Shown here one piece after another: positions 11,913 to 21,847 of a stretch of DNA of 64,000 nucleotides. Every line of letters begins with the position of its first letter. Within the stretch, counting starts at the first letter, position 1. The DNA is from Candidatus Eremiobacteria bacterium (GTDB lineage: Bacteria; Vulcanimicrobiota; Vulcanimicrobiia; Vulcanimicrobiales; Vulcanimicrobiaceae), in assembly GCA_963737065.1 (NCBI GenBank), contig CAVTRC010000001.1, positions 1-64,000 of the forward strand, written 5' to 3'. Below the pieces are notes generated by a model that saw only the letters and a list, made by a program, of their open reading frames with translations, was not told the origin of the DNA and did no database searches. Both the position numbers and the translations under genes were made by a program.

Positions 11913-13865
11913 TCAGGAAGAGACGTTCGTCATGGCAAGCGATTTCTGCACTTGTTCCTTGTCGCCGGTGACCTCGAGCGACGTCGCGCTTTCCAGGCGC
12001 TGCTGCGCGGGGAACAAGTGCTGGCCGGGATGGAATTCCGGAACGAATTCGCGCAAAACTGAAACGCACGCAAGCGTGTCGGAGCGGCGAACAGCGGCTT
12101 TTAACCGTTCGATTCCGTCGTTGAGATATGCGTAGTCGAGCCGCTCTTGCTTCGCGATGAAAAGCCGGTCGTGACTGGTCTGCGTTATACCCTCACCGTG
12201 CGTGAGGATCTGTTCGAAGAGCCGTTCGCCAGGGCGCATACCCAACTCGATGATGTCGACGTCCGTGTACGGTTCGAGGCCGGAGAGCCGAATGAGCGTC
12301 TCTGCCAAGTCGATGATTTTGATCGGTCCGCCCATGTCGAGGACGAAAACCTCGCCATCGGTTCCCATCGTCATCGCTTGCAGCACGAGCGAGACGGCTT
12401 CAGGAATGGTCATGAAGTAGCGAACCATATCCCGATGCGTGATCGTAACGGGGCCGCCGCTTTGAATCTGTGCTTTGAAGATCGGTATAACGCTTCCGCG
12501 GCTGCCGAGCACATTTCCAAAGCGAACGGAAACGAACTCGGTCGCGCTGCCGCCGGCGAATGAATGGCAGATCAGTTCCGCCATCCGTTTCGTGGCTCCC
12601 ATCACGCTCGTCGGATTGACCGCCTTGTCGGTTGAAAGCAGCACGAATTTGCGAACGCCCGCGGCGGCGGCCGCAAGCGCGACGGTCTTCGTTCCGACGA
12701 TATTATTGCGAACCGCTTCGCAGACATTGTCTTCGATGATGGGAACGTGTTTGTGCGCAGCGGCGTGCAAGACGATGCTCGGGCGATACGTCATGAAGAC
12801 GTTACGGATCGCCGACGCGTCGCCAACGTCCGCCAAAACCATTCTCGTGTTTTTGAAGTGATACTGGTTTCGCAGCTCTTCGGAAATCATGAACAAACTG
12901 TTCTCGCCGTGACCCAAGAGCAAGAGCAGTTCGGGATTAAAGGTCGCAATTTGGCGGCAGATTTCGCTGCCGATCGATCCGCCGGCGCCGGTGACGAGGA
13001 CGACTTGCGATTCGAGGTGCGGACGGACCGCCGCGGTATCGATGACGACCGGATCGCGCTGAAGAACGTCTTCCAGTCGAATGTCGCGAACGTTGGAAAC
13101 CGCCGTCGTCGTGCGTTCGGTCAACAACTCCGAGGCATCGGGAACCATCGTGACCGACGGCCGATCACCCTCGGGGATCTCCATGCACACTTCTTTGATG
13201 CGGTTCGTTAATGCGAGCGGCGCGCCGGTGATTGCAACGACCACCGAATCAATGCGGTGCTGGAGAATCAGCTCAGGCAGCTGATCGACGCGTCCCAGGA
13301 TGCGTACGCCCTCGATGCGCTTTTCCGAGATGCCGTCGTCGACGCAACCGACGACGTGGATCGGCAGCGAACGGTCCTCGCGCGCCGCATACGCAAACGA
13401 CTGTGCGGCAACGCCATGTCCCACGATCAAAACGCGGCGTGCGTGCGGACGCCGCCGCAATAACCAATCACGAACGCCGAGCAGCGCGGTATGCACGGCG
13501 CTCTGCAAGACAAGCATAAATGCGGCCGCGACGAGCGCCGTACTTAAAAACGCCGGCTCGAAACGGCCGGCGCGCGCAAAATCGATCGCTAGTGCAACAA
13601 GCACCCCGGTACACGCTGCGGCGAGGCGCCGCGCGTCGCTGAGCGAGTCGAATACCTGCGCATTCTCGTACCGCAGATCGACATAAGCGCCGAAGGCGAT
13701 AAAGACGGCGGCGAGTTCCACGAGCTGCACGAACGATCCCGGGCCGAAGCCAAGGCTCTGCGCGAGCGCGAGCGCGAGAGCGGCGGCGATCGCGTCGGCC
13801 ACGACGAGCGCGAGCCAAAGAAGCGACCGTAACCGGCGCGGCTTGGCACTCTGGATCTCATTCAT
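11913..13865 (-). CDS. Membrane-anchored nucleoside-diphosphate sugar 4,6-dehydratase (CapD/WbpM/PglF family)
   Basis: N-terminal TM helices, LVTGAGGSIGSE, HAAAHKHVP, STDKAVNPTSVMGATKR, VRFGNVLGSRGSV. Confidence 0.93.
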   Translation of the reverse strand: MNEIQSAKPRRLRSLLWLALVVADAIAAALALALAQSLGFGPGSFVQLVELAAVFIAFGAYVDLRYENAQVFDSLSDARRLAAACTGVLVALAIDFARAGRFEPAFLSTALVAAAFMLVLQSAVHTALLGVRDWLLRRRPHARRVLIVGHGVAAQSFAYAAREDRSLPIHVVGCVDDGISEKRIEGVRILGRVDQLPELILQHRIDSVVVAITGAPLALTNRIKEVCMEIPEGDRPSVTMVPDASELLTERTTTAVSNVRDIRLEDVLQRDPVVIDTAAVRPHLESQVVLVTGAGGSIGSEICRQIATFNPELLLLLGHGENSLFMISEELRNQYHFKNTRMVLADVGDASAIRNVFMTYRPSIVLHAAAHKHVPIIEDNVCEAVRNNIVGTKTVALAAAAAGVRKFVLLSTDKAVNPTSVMGATKRMAELICHSFAGGSATEFVSVRFGNVLGSRGSVIPIFKAQIQSGGPVTITHRDMVRYFMTIPEAVSLVLQAMTMGTDGEVFVLDMGGPIKIIDLAETLIRLSGLEPYTDVDIIELGMRPGERLFEQILTHGEGITQTSHDRLFIAKQERLDYAYLNDGIERLKAAVRRSDTLACVSVLREFVPEFHPGQHLFPAQQRLESATSLEVTGDKEQVQKSLAMTNVSS

Positions 13866-13972
13866 AGGTGTGACCTCATCGTACGGCGCGTACGAAGAAT
13901 CAAGAAAGTTGCAGGGCGCTCAACGGGATTGGGACCGTCGACCCCGGCACCGACGCGAATGTGCCTGCCGCT

Positions 13973-14725
13973 CTAGTATTCGGTATAAAATCGAACCGTC
14001 GGCAGCTGGCTTGGCGTACGGTAGGGTTCGCCGACTTGAATCCAAATCGCTTCATGCGAGTACAGCGGGATCTGCGTTGGGTCGCCCGAGTAGGCGCTGT
14101 AGTTGCCGACGTACTGCTGCCGCAACGGTGGTCGCGCAACGTCGACCTGCACGAGCCCCGAAAACGGACCGAAGCCGTTGGCCGTCAGCGTCTGTCCCCA
14201 TATATCTAGAAAGTCGCCGAGCGTGAAGACCGAGCCGGCGTCCGTAACGCTTGTCGCGGCTTCTTGGTGAACCATTCCGCTTGCGTCATGCGTGTGAATC
14301 TCGTAAAAGCAGTTTGCGGAGTTAACGAACCCGTTGATCAGCGGACCCGGCCCGTGCAGGCCGATCGAGTCCGGGATCGCCGGTTGCATGCCGTTAACGA
14401 GAACGCCCACGAACGAGTGAACGTGGAACTGGTTGTCGACCATATTGCCGCACGGAATCCCGTCGACCGGTTGCCCTGTTCCTCCATTTGACGTATCGCC
14501 GCGAGGCGGCGCGAACACGTTGGGCTGGCCGATGGTCCTGCCCGACGCGAGCACGATCGTGGTCGGTAGCGGCGACGGCTGCAACGTCGCACTGACCTCG
14601 GACCTGAGGCTCCTCGGCACGTCGGCGCGCGGCAGCTGGCCGGACCCCGAGCCAGCGCCGCATGAGGCCAACGCCGCAGCCATTGTTCCGAAAAGAATGA
14701 ATCGACAGCCGTTGGACACGCGCAT
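13973..14725 (-). CDS. Hypothetical lipoprotein with His-rich motifs
   Basis: Lipobox LASC; FHVHSF and YEIHTHDASGMVHQE; FTLGDFLDIWG. Confidence 0.7.
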   Translation of the reverse strand: MRVSNGCRFILFGTMAAALASCGAGSGSGQLPRADVPRSLRSEVSATLQPSPLPTTIVLASGRTIGQPNVFAPPRGDTSNGGTGQPVDGIPCGNMVDNQFHVHSFVGVLVNGMQPAIPDSIGLHGPGPLINGFVNSANCFYEIHTHDASGMVHQEAATSVTDAGSVFTLGDFLDIWGQTLTANGFGPFSGLVQVDVARPPLRQQYVGNYSAYSGDPTQIPLYSHEAIWIQVGEPYRTPSQLPTVRFYTEY

Positions 14726-14875
14726 GCACCAGCTCCTATAGAAGTAGCCAACCCCAGGGTTTAATCCTATAGGCAGCCTCACAGCACATCGAGGCTCATC
14801 GCGCTCATGACGCTTAGGACGGTCGACCCCTTAAGCGCAGGCCATACGCACTTTCAGTGACGGCTGAATTGGGCG

Positions 14876-15436
14876 ATGATTACGCCGATGAACCCGCTAC
14901 GACGACTCGGAATTGCACCGCGGCAGCGCCGGAAGGCCGAGCAAATCCGCGGTGTACTGATAGCCGAGGGCGCGATCGTTCGAGGCGCGGACCGGATCAC
15001 ATTCGGATCGAATGTGTTCCTCGATTACGGCGCCTATCTAAATCCGAGCAGCGTGAACGACCGTCGCGGCTTCATCCATATCGGCGACAGTGTCGAGATC
15101 GGACCGTACACCGTCTTATGGGGCGGCGGCGGTCTGACGATCGGAAACAACGTGCACATGGGGGCGCACGTGCACATCACGACGCAACAGGGCCGTCCGA
15201 TTCCGCTCGCGCAAACCGAGATATTGCCGCTACCCGTCGACGTCGCACCCGTGACGGTCGAGGATCACGTGCTGATCTATTCGGGCGCCATCATCGTGCC
15301 CGGCGTGCGAATCGGCCACCACGCCGTAATTGCCGCGGGCGCCGTTGTGGTACGCGATGTCGAACCCGGGGCTCGTGTAGGCGGCGTGCCGGCGCGGCCG
15401 CTCTCGTCCTCTACGGAAGATCGTCGAGCGACTTGA
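14876..15436 (+). CDS. Hexapeptide-repeat (LbH) acyltransferase
   Basis: IHIGDSVEIG, LTIGNNVHMG, PGVRIGHHAVIAAGAVV, GGVPAR. Confidence 0.85.
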   Translation: MITPMNPLRRLGIAPRQRRKAEQIRGVLIAEGAIVRGADRITFGSNVFLDYGAYLNPSSVNDRRGFIHIGDSVEIGPYTVLWGGGGLTIGNNVHMGAHVHITTQQGRPIPLAQTEILPLPVDVAPVTVEDHVLIYSGAIIVPGVRIGHHAVIAAGAVVVRDVEPGARVGGVPARPLSSSTEDRRAT

Positions 15437-15743
15437 GCACCGTAAAGTGCTGGTCGAGGCTGGTGATTTCGAAAATCTTCCGGAGCGGCGGCCGCGTCAC
15501 GATCAAGTAGACGCTGTTCCCGTTCTCGAGCATACGACGGCCGTACTGTGCGATCGCGTTCAGCCCGGTGGAGTCGATGAAGGCTACATTTGTCATGTCG
15601 ATTGCCATCGCGCGAACGGCCCCCACCCGCTGGAGCGCATCACGGAGCAGGTTCGCGTTCGAGAGATCGATATCGCCGGAAATCCAAACCACCGGCGTTC
15701 CTTTGTGTTCGCGAACGTCGATCTGGGCGAGGTCGTCGGACAT
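15411..15743 (-). CDS. STAS-domain anti-sigma-factor antagonist
   Basis: ISGDIDLSNA...IDMTNVAFIDSTGL (phosphoacceptor Ser)...IFEITSLD. Confidence 0.88.
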   Translation of the reverse strand: MSDDLAQIDVREHKGTPVVWISGDIDLSNANLLRDALQRVGAVRAMAIDMTNVAFIDSTGLNAIAQYGRRMLENGNSVYLIVTRPPLRKIFEITSLDQHFTVLKSLDDLP

Positions 15744-15754
15744 ATCGAACGCTC

Positions 15755-16297
15755 CTATCCCGCGGTTCGATTCGAGAGTATACCTTCCAGAATTTCGATG
15801 AGCACGTCGCGCTTTGTCGCCGGCGCCGCGCGAGCGTAACGCTCGTAGTCGTCTCCGAGCGCTTGGCGTAGGCCGTCCACGACAAGGACTTGCGACTCTT
15901 GCGACGCGGGCGAACCGCCGCCCTTCGGACGCAGTTCGGCGTCGATGCGGTCGCGTTCCAACAGCCGCAGAATCGTCGCTTCGCACGGCGGACGGCGGTA
16001 GACGTTGCGCTTGGCCCGGACGCCGGGAAATGATCGACGTTCCCGCGACATGAATGCCAGCTCTTCGAGGACGGCGAGCGCTTCGAACACCATCGACGGT
16101 GAGTAGAGGCCGAGGTCTTCGCGGATCTGCTCGATCGTCGGACTGCACGCGCCTTTGTCGCTCAACATCGCGAGATAGAGGTACATGCAAATCTGGCGAG
16201 GGTTGAGTACGCGGAACATAAACGCACTCCACCACGCCGGGATCAATGCTGTCGGCTCGCACTCATCGTACGGCTGATGCCCCGGAGAACAATTCAC
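15755..16297 (-). CDS. Putative winged-helix DNA-binding protein
   Basis: MYLYLAMLSDKGACSPTIEQIREDLGLYSPSMVFEALAVLEELAFM...RNVY resembles an HTH_36-type wHTH. Confidence 0.6.
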   Translation of the reverse strand: MNCSPGHQPYDECEPTALIPAWWSAFMFRVLNPRQICMYLYLAMLSDKGACSPTIEQIREDLGLYSPSMVFEALAVLEELAFMSRERRSFPGVRAKRNVYRRPPCEATILRLLERDRIDAELRPKGGGSPASQESQVLVVDGLRQALGDDYERYARAAPATKRDVLIEILEGILSNRTAG

Positions 16298-16390
16298 GCT
16301 AATGCGCTCGTTACGAATGGCGTTGCATTCATGCCTTTAAGGCTAATGGTCCAGAAATTTGGGGGTGTCCTTCCCGGGCAGGGATAGATG

Positions 16391-16420
16391 AAACGACCCT
16401 CGAGCGATTGCGAGGGTCGT
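16391..16420 (-). terminator. Probable intrinsic terminator downstream of clpX
   Basis: 10-bp stem ACGACCCTCG/CGAGGGTCGT followed on the minus strand by a short T tract. Confidence 0.55.
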
Positions 16421-16445
16421 GGCTGGTATTCGCGGCGACGTTGCG

Positions 16446-17702
<1,257 letters not shown>

Positions 17703-17724
17703 CAGTTACGGGCGTCCTCCTCGG

Positions 17725-18333
17725 CTAAGCCGGCGTCGACAAGGCCCCACGGTCTTCGATAACGTGATCGATAATCCCGTAGTCCTTGGCTTCATCGGAG
17801 GTCATGTAGTAGTCCCGATCGATGTCCTTGAGGATCTGCTCGAGTGGCTTTTGCGTCGTCTTTTCGTAAATGCGCGCGATCGTATGACGCGTCGCGATAA
17901 GGTCGCGTGCCGCGATTTCGACGTCGGTGGCCTGGCCCCCGATCTGCGAGACCCACGGCTGATGGATCAGAATCTTTGAATGCGGCAGCGAGTAACGCTT
18001 TCCGGCTGCGCCGCCGGTCAGAAGCACCGAACCCATCGAGGCCGCCATCCCCATACAAATCGTTGCGACGTCTGGTTTGATGAAACGCATCGCATCATAG
18101 ATCGCAAGACCTGCAGTGACGCTGCCGCCCGGCGAGTTCACGTACATATCGATGTCTTTATCGGGATCTTCTTTTTCAAGGAACAGCAACTGCGCGATCA
18201 CGAGGTTTGCCAAGTGATCGTCGATCGGACCGCCGACGAAGACGATCCGGTCTTTGAGTAGCCGCGAGTAGATGTCGTACGCGCGTTCACCACGCGCGCT
18301 CTGCTCGACGACCATCGGTACTAAATGACCCAC
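17725..18333 (-). CDS. clpP: Clp protease proteolytic subunit
   Basis: [36 protein letters not shown] start after GGGGAGA. Confidence 0.97.
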   Translation of the reverse strand: MGHLVPMVVEQSARGERAYDIYSRLLKDRIVFVGGPIDDHLANLVIAQLLFLEKEDPDKDIDMYVNSPGGSVTAGLAIYDAMRFIKPDVATICMGMAASMGSVLLTGGAAGKRYSLPHSKILIHQPWVSQIGGQATDVEIAARDLIATRHTIARIYEKTTQKPLEQILKDIDRDYYMTSDEAKDYGIIDHVIEDRGALSTPA

Positions 18334-18517
18334 AAATCTCTCCCCAAATTTTCTAGCGAAGATTCGGGGACCCCATTGGTCCGAAAGCGCTACGTGCCTC
18401 GCACTACGCACCCCCCACGGCTCCGCCGCGGGGTCCCGCATTTCGCAATCGCTTTTACTCTAGCTGTCGCTGTTCTTCTAACTACCGGTCCCGCTACGAA
18501 GTTGCCCGGAGCTACCC

Positions 18518-19813
18518 CTACTTCTCTTTGTCGACGATCTTTGCGTTGTCGATGAGGAAGTCCAGCGTCTTGTTCCGGACAATGCCGTCCATCAACGATA
18601 ATACGTTGTTTCCGAGGGCTTTGCGAATGCGGTCCATGGGCTGGCCGTACTGCCGCGCAAGTGCGGCGAGTTCTTCGGCAACATCCGCCGGCGTGGCATT
18701 GATATTTTCGGCTTTCGCGATCGCTTCAATTAATAAGGTGCCTTTGACGCGAGTCTGCGCGTCCGCTCGGTATTCCGAGCGCAGGTCGTCCTCGGTCTTC
18801 CCCGCTTCCTTCAGGGAGTCCTCAAAGCTGACACCGGCACGCGCGGCGGAGCCCGCCGCATCACTGATCATGTGTTCGATTTCGCGCTCGACCAGCACGT
18901 CGGGCAATGGAAAGTCACGCGTGGCAAGGAGCTTTTCCATGACCGCGTTGCCGACGCCACGGCGTGCGCGTGATTCGGAAATCGTTTCGAGCCGCTTGCG
19001 CACGTCGGCGCGAAGTGCATCGAGCGTCTCATTCTCGGAAATCGACTTCGCAAACTCGTCATCGACCGCCGGAAGCTCGAGCGCCTTCACGTCGTGGAGG
19101 TTGACCGAAAAAACGGCCGTTTTGCCGGCCAGCTCTTCCTGTGGATAGTCCTGTGGAAAAATCGCCTCGACTTGCTTGGTGTCGCCCGCGCTCATGCCGG
19201 CAATGCCGCTGGCAAATCCGGGAATGAATTGGTCCTCTTCGAGCTCGGTCATCTGCGCCTGCGCACTGCCGCCGTCGAACGGGACGCCGTCGATCGTCCC
19301 TTCATAGTCTATCGTAACGACGTCGCCGAGTTGCGCCGGTCGCTCGACCGGGACAAGCGTGCCGCGCTCCTTCGCGAGCGATTGGATGCTGCGTTCGACG
19401 TCCTCGTCGCTGATGTCGACCGCCTCGCGCTCGACTTCTATTCCTTTATATTGGCCCAGATCGATGTCGGGGCGCACGTCGACGAGCGCCTTGAGCTTCG
19501 GTGGCTGCCCTTCCTCTACGGGGAGCAGCTCCATCTTCGGACGATCGACGGGATCGAGAGCGTGTTCGCGCACCGCCTTCGCATAGACCTCGGGGACGAT
19601 GTCTTCCATAGCTTGGCTCGTGATTGAGTTTGTGCCGTACGTCTGCTCGAAGATCTTGCGCGGAACTTTGCCGGCGCGGAATCCCGGCAGCTTCACATTT
19701 TTCGCGAGCTTGCGGAAGGCGCGCTCTTCGGCGGCGGCGAGCTCCTCGGGTGTGATCGGGATTTCGAGCTCCACCTGCGTCGGAGCAAGGCGATTGAGGG
19801 TCGAGCTACTCAA
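18518..19813 (-). CDS. tig: Trigger factor
   Basis: LPGFRAGKVP signature, FKBP domain (IDYEGTIDGVPFDGG, FIPGF), tig-clpP-clpX order. Confidence 0.97.
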   Translation of the reverse strand: MSSSTLNRLAPTQVELEIPITPEELAAAEERAFRKLAKNVKLPGFRAGKVPRKIFEQTYGTNSITSQAMEDIVPEVYAKAVREHALDPVDRPKMELLPVEEGQPPKLKALVDVRPDIDLGQYKGIEVEREAVDISDEDVERSIQSLAKERGTLVPVERPAQLGDVVTIDYEGTIDGVPFDGGSAQAQMTELEEDQFIPGFASGIAGMSAGDTKQVEAIFPQDYPQEELAGKTAVFSVNLHDVKALELPAVDDEFAKSISENETLDALRADVRKRLETISESRARRGVGNAVMEKLLATRDFPLPDVLVEREIEHMISDAAGSAARAGVSFEDSLKEAGKTEDDLRSEYRADAQTRVKGTLLIEAIAKAENINATPADVAEELAALARQYGQPMDRIRKALGNNVLSLMDGIVRNKTLDFLIDNAKIVDKEK

Positions 19814-19892
19814 CAGGCGACTGCTTTCTGGAGGTCGACAAACCGAAAGGAGCGCTTGGGCGCGCGAGCGCCTGCGCCCCTGATAAAGGTCG

Positions 19893-19967
19893 TGGAGCGG
19901 AAGACGAGATTCGAACTCGCGACCCTCGCCTTGGCAAGGCGATGCTCTACCACTGAGCTACTTCCGC
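19893..19967 (-). tRNA. tRNA-Gly(GCC)
   Basis: GCGGAAGTAGCTCAGTGGTAGAGC...TT GCC AA...GTTCGAATC...CTTCCGCTCCA; CCA encoded. Confidence 0.97.
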
Positions 19968-20034
19968 ACACCGAACAAAAAGAACCGTAGCGCCGTTTAG
20001 AACTGCCTTCGTCTATCGCTGCATCTGGTTGGCA

Positions 20035-20119
20035 TGGTGGGCAAGCAGAGACTCGAACTCTGACGGGTTGCCCCACTGGAACCTAAATCCAGCGCGTCTG
20101 CCAGTTCCGCCACTTGCCC
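20035..20119 (-). tRNA. tRNA-Leu(TAG)
   Basis: GGGCAAGTGGCGGAACTGGCAGACGC; anticodon arm CTGGA-TTTAGGT-TCCAG; long variable arm; CCA encoded. Confidence 0.96.
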
Positions 20120-20168
20120 GGCGGCGACCACGATAGATAGAACGCGCAGGGTCCTTTTCCTTCTCCCG

Positions 20169-21098
20169 CTAGTTCGAGTCCGGTTCTTCGAGCGTTTCGC
20201 GACTACTGCCGGCAAGTTCAATGCGTTGCGGCGTCGTTGTCGCAACAATCGATTCGAAGCGGAGAGCGGCGCGCGTGTAGATTTCACCTTGCGTCGCGAC
20301 CGGCGCGTCCGCATCTTCTTCGCTGATGTAGTGCGCGCCCGCGATGTCTGCAAACCGAATCGTCCACGGAACTGACGTCGCATCTCCGGAGACGAAATTC
20401 GTCGCGTCCTTCAACTGCCAAGGTGCAAACGTCGATTCGTCGATCCATGCTTCGCGAATGCGGTAGCGTCCCGGATCCTTCACCGGTTTGAGACCGAGAT
20501 GATAACACCCGTGGCCGTCGATCGTGTCGGTTCCCAGCAACGCGATTGTATACTGGCGATTCTGGGCGAATACCGTTGCGATTTCAGGCAACGACGGCGA
20601 CGGTGACGGCTTCGGCTCATGCGGATTGGGATCGTGAAACTCTTTGCGAATCTCGTCGACGAGCGCCATCGAATTGAAGGGCGTCGGCGAGGGCGCCGGC
20701 ACGAACGGCGCCATTCCGAACGAATAGTTCGGACGCAATTTCGGCACGCCGAGAAAATCAGCAGTCGGTAGTGGTTTGTTGAGACGAACGCCGAGGATGC
20801 CGAAATTCATACCGGTCGGCTTTACGGGGTGGTCGTGTTCGTAATCGCTCGTCGGATCGACGTCGACTACGTCGTTGACCGCATCGTACGTCGAGTCGTA
20901 ATGTTCGACGCGTTTTTTTCCGCCCTCGGTAATGTCGACGGCAATGCGATATTGCAGTTGCGCCGGATAGCGTTGCTGCATCCAGTATTGCCGAGCGTTG
21001 GCGAAAATTTGATACGGATCGGGTTGCGCTTGCGCCGGGATCGCGAGCACGCTCACGCAGATCGCCGCCGACGCTACCGTCGAAAACACCGTTCGCAT
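20169..21098 (-). CDS. Hypothetical secreted protein (possible LolA-like/sorting fold)
   Basis: Signal peptide ending AQA; DTIDGHGCYHLGLKP...EAWIDESTF pattern. Confidence 0.7.
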   Translation of the reverse strand: MRTVFSTVASAAICVSVLAIPAQAQPDPYQIFANARQYWMQQRYPAQLQYRIAVDITEGGKKRVEHYDSTYDAVNDVVDVDPTSDYEHDHPVKPTGMNFGILGVRLNKPLPTADFLGVPKLRPNYSFGMAPFVPAPSPTPFNSMALVDEIRKEFHDPNPHEPKPSPSPSLPEIATVFAQNRQYTIALLGTDTIDGHGCYHLGLKPVKDPGRYRIREAWIDESTFAPWQLKDATNFVSGDATSVPWTIRFADIAGAHYISEEDADAPVATQGEIYTRAALRFESIVATTTPQRIELAGSSRETLEEPDSN

Positions 21099-21208
21099 CC
21101 TCACGCTACGCATTACACCGTACGGCAGCAGAATGTTTCCGGGTGCTTCCCCGGCGGGAGCAAGTCGTCAAACGCACGAGTGATTACGGACAAGCGACCG
21201 GGGGCCGC

Positions 21209-21502
21209 ATGCCGAGATATATGGTCCAGCGGACGGTCGCGCAGGGACTGCACGTCCCGAGCAACGCGGGCAGAGCCGCGATCTGCCTGAACGTTGTCGG
21301 AAATAACACGAAAAACGGCGTGACGAGGGTGCATTCCTACGTCTCCGTCGATAAAAACGATGGCGTTTTGCGTGTATGATGGACGAACGAAGCGGCGTTT
21401 CGTGAAGCGGCCTCGGTCAACGGCTTGCCCGTCGACAGCATCCAACAAGTGAGCGTGCTCGATCCGAACTTCTACTATGAGGAAGAGCTCGTCACTTCGT
21501 GA
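21209..21502 (+). pseudogene. DUF4242-like small protein, frameshifted
   Basis: MPRYMVQRT...GVTRVHSYVSVDK then, in shifted frames, FCVYDG...NGLPVDSIQQVSVLDP. Confidence 0.7.
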
Positions 21503-21581
21503 CCTTCGACGGCTCTTCGATCACCTGAGATCGACGGGCACGCTGTGGGCGAAGTGATCGTTACGTGAGTTACGCAAACGC

Positions 21582-21618
21582 AAAGCCCGCGATTCCGTTT
21601 GCCGGCATCGCGGGCTTT
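21582..21618 (-). terminator. Intrinsic (possibly bidirectional) terminator after the tRNA-Lys pair
   Basis: AAAGCCCGCGAT...ATCGCGGGCTTT inverted repeat. Confidence 0.7.
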
Positions 21619-21626
21619 CTATTATC

Positions 21627-21698
<72 letters not shown>

Positions 21699-21706
21699 GT
21701 GTGCTC

Positions 21707-21779
21707 TGCGCCCTCCGGGACTCGAACCCGGGACCAACGGATTAAAAGTCCGCTGCTCTACCGACTGAGCTAAAGGCGC
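21707..21779 (-). tRNA. tRNA-Lys(TTT)
   Basis: GCGCCTTTAGCTCAGTCGGTAGAGC; anticodon loop CT TTT AA; CCA not encoded. Confidence 0.95.
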
Positions 21780-21847
21780 ACGTTCGGCTCCTACGCCCGG
21801 ATTTCAGGCACCGCATCATACGCGATTGCGCCGGGTGCTCCTGCAGG

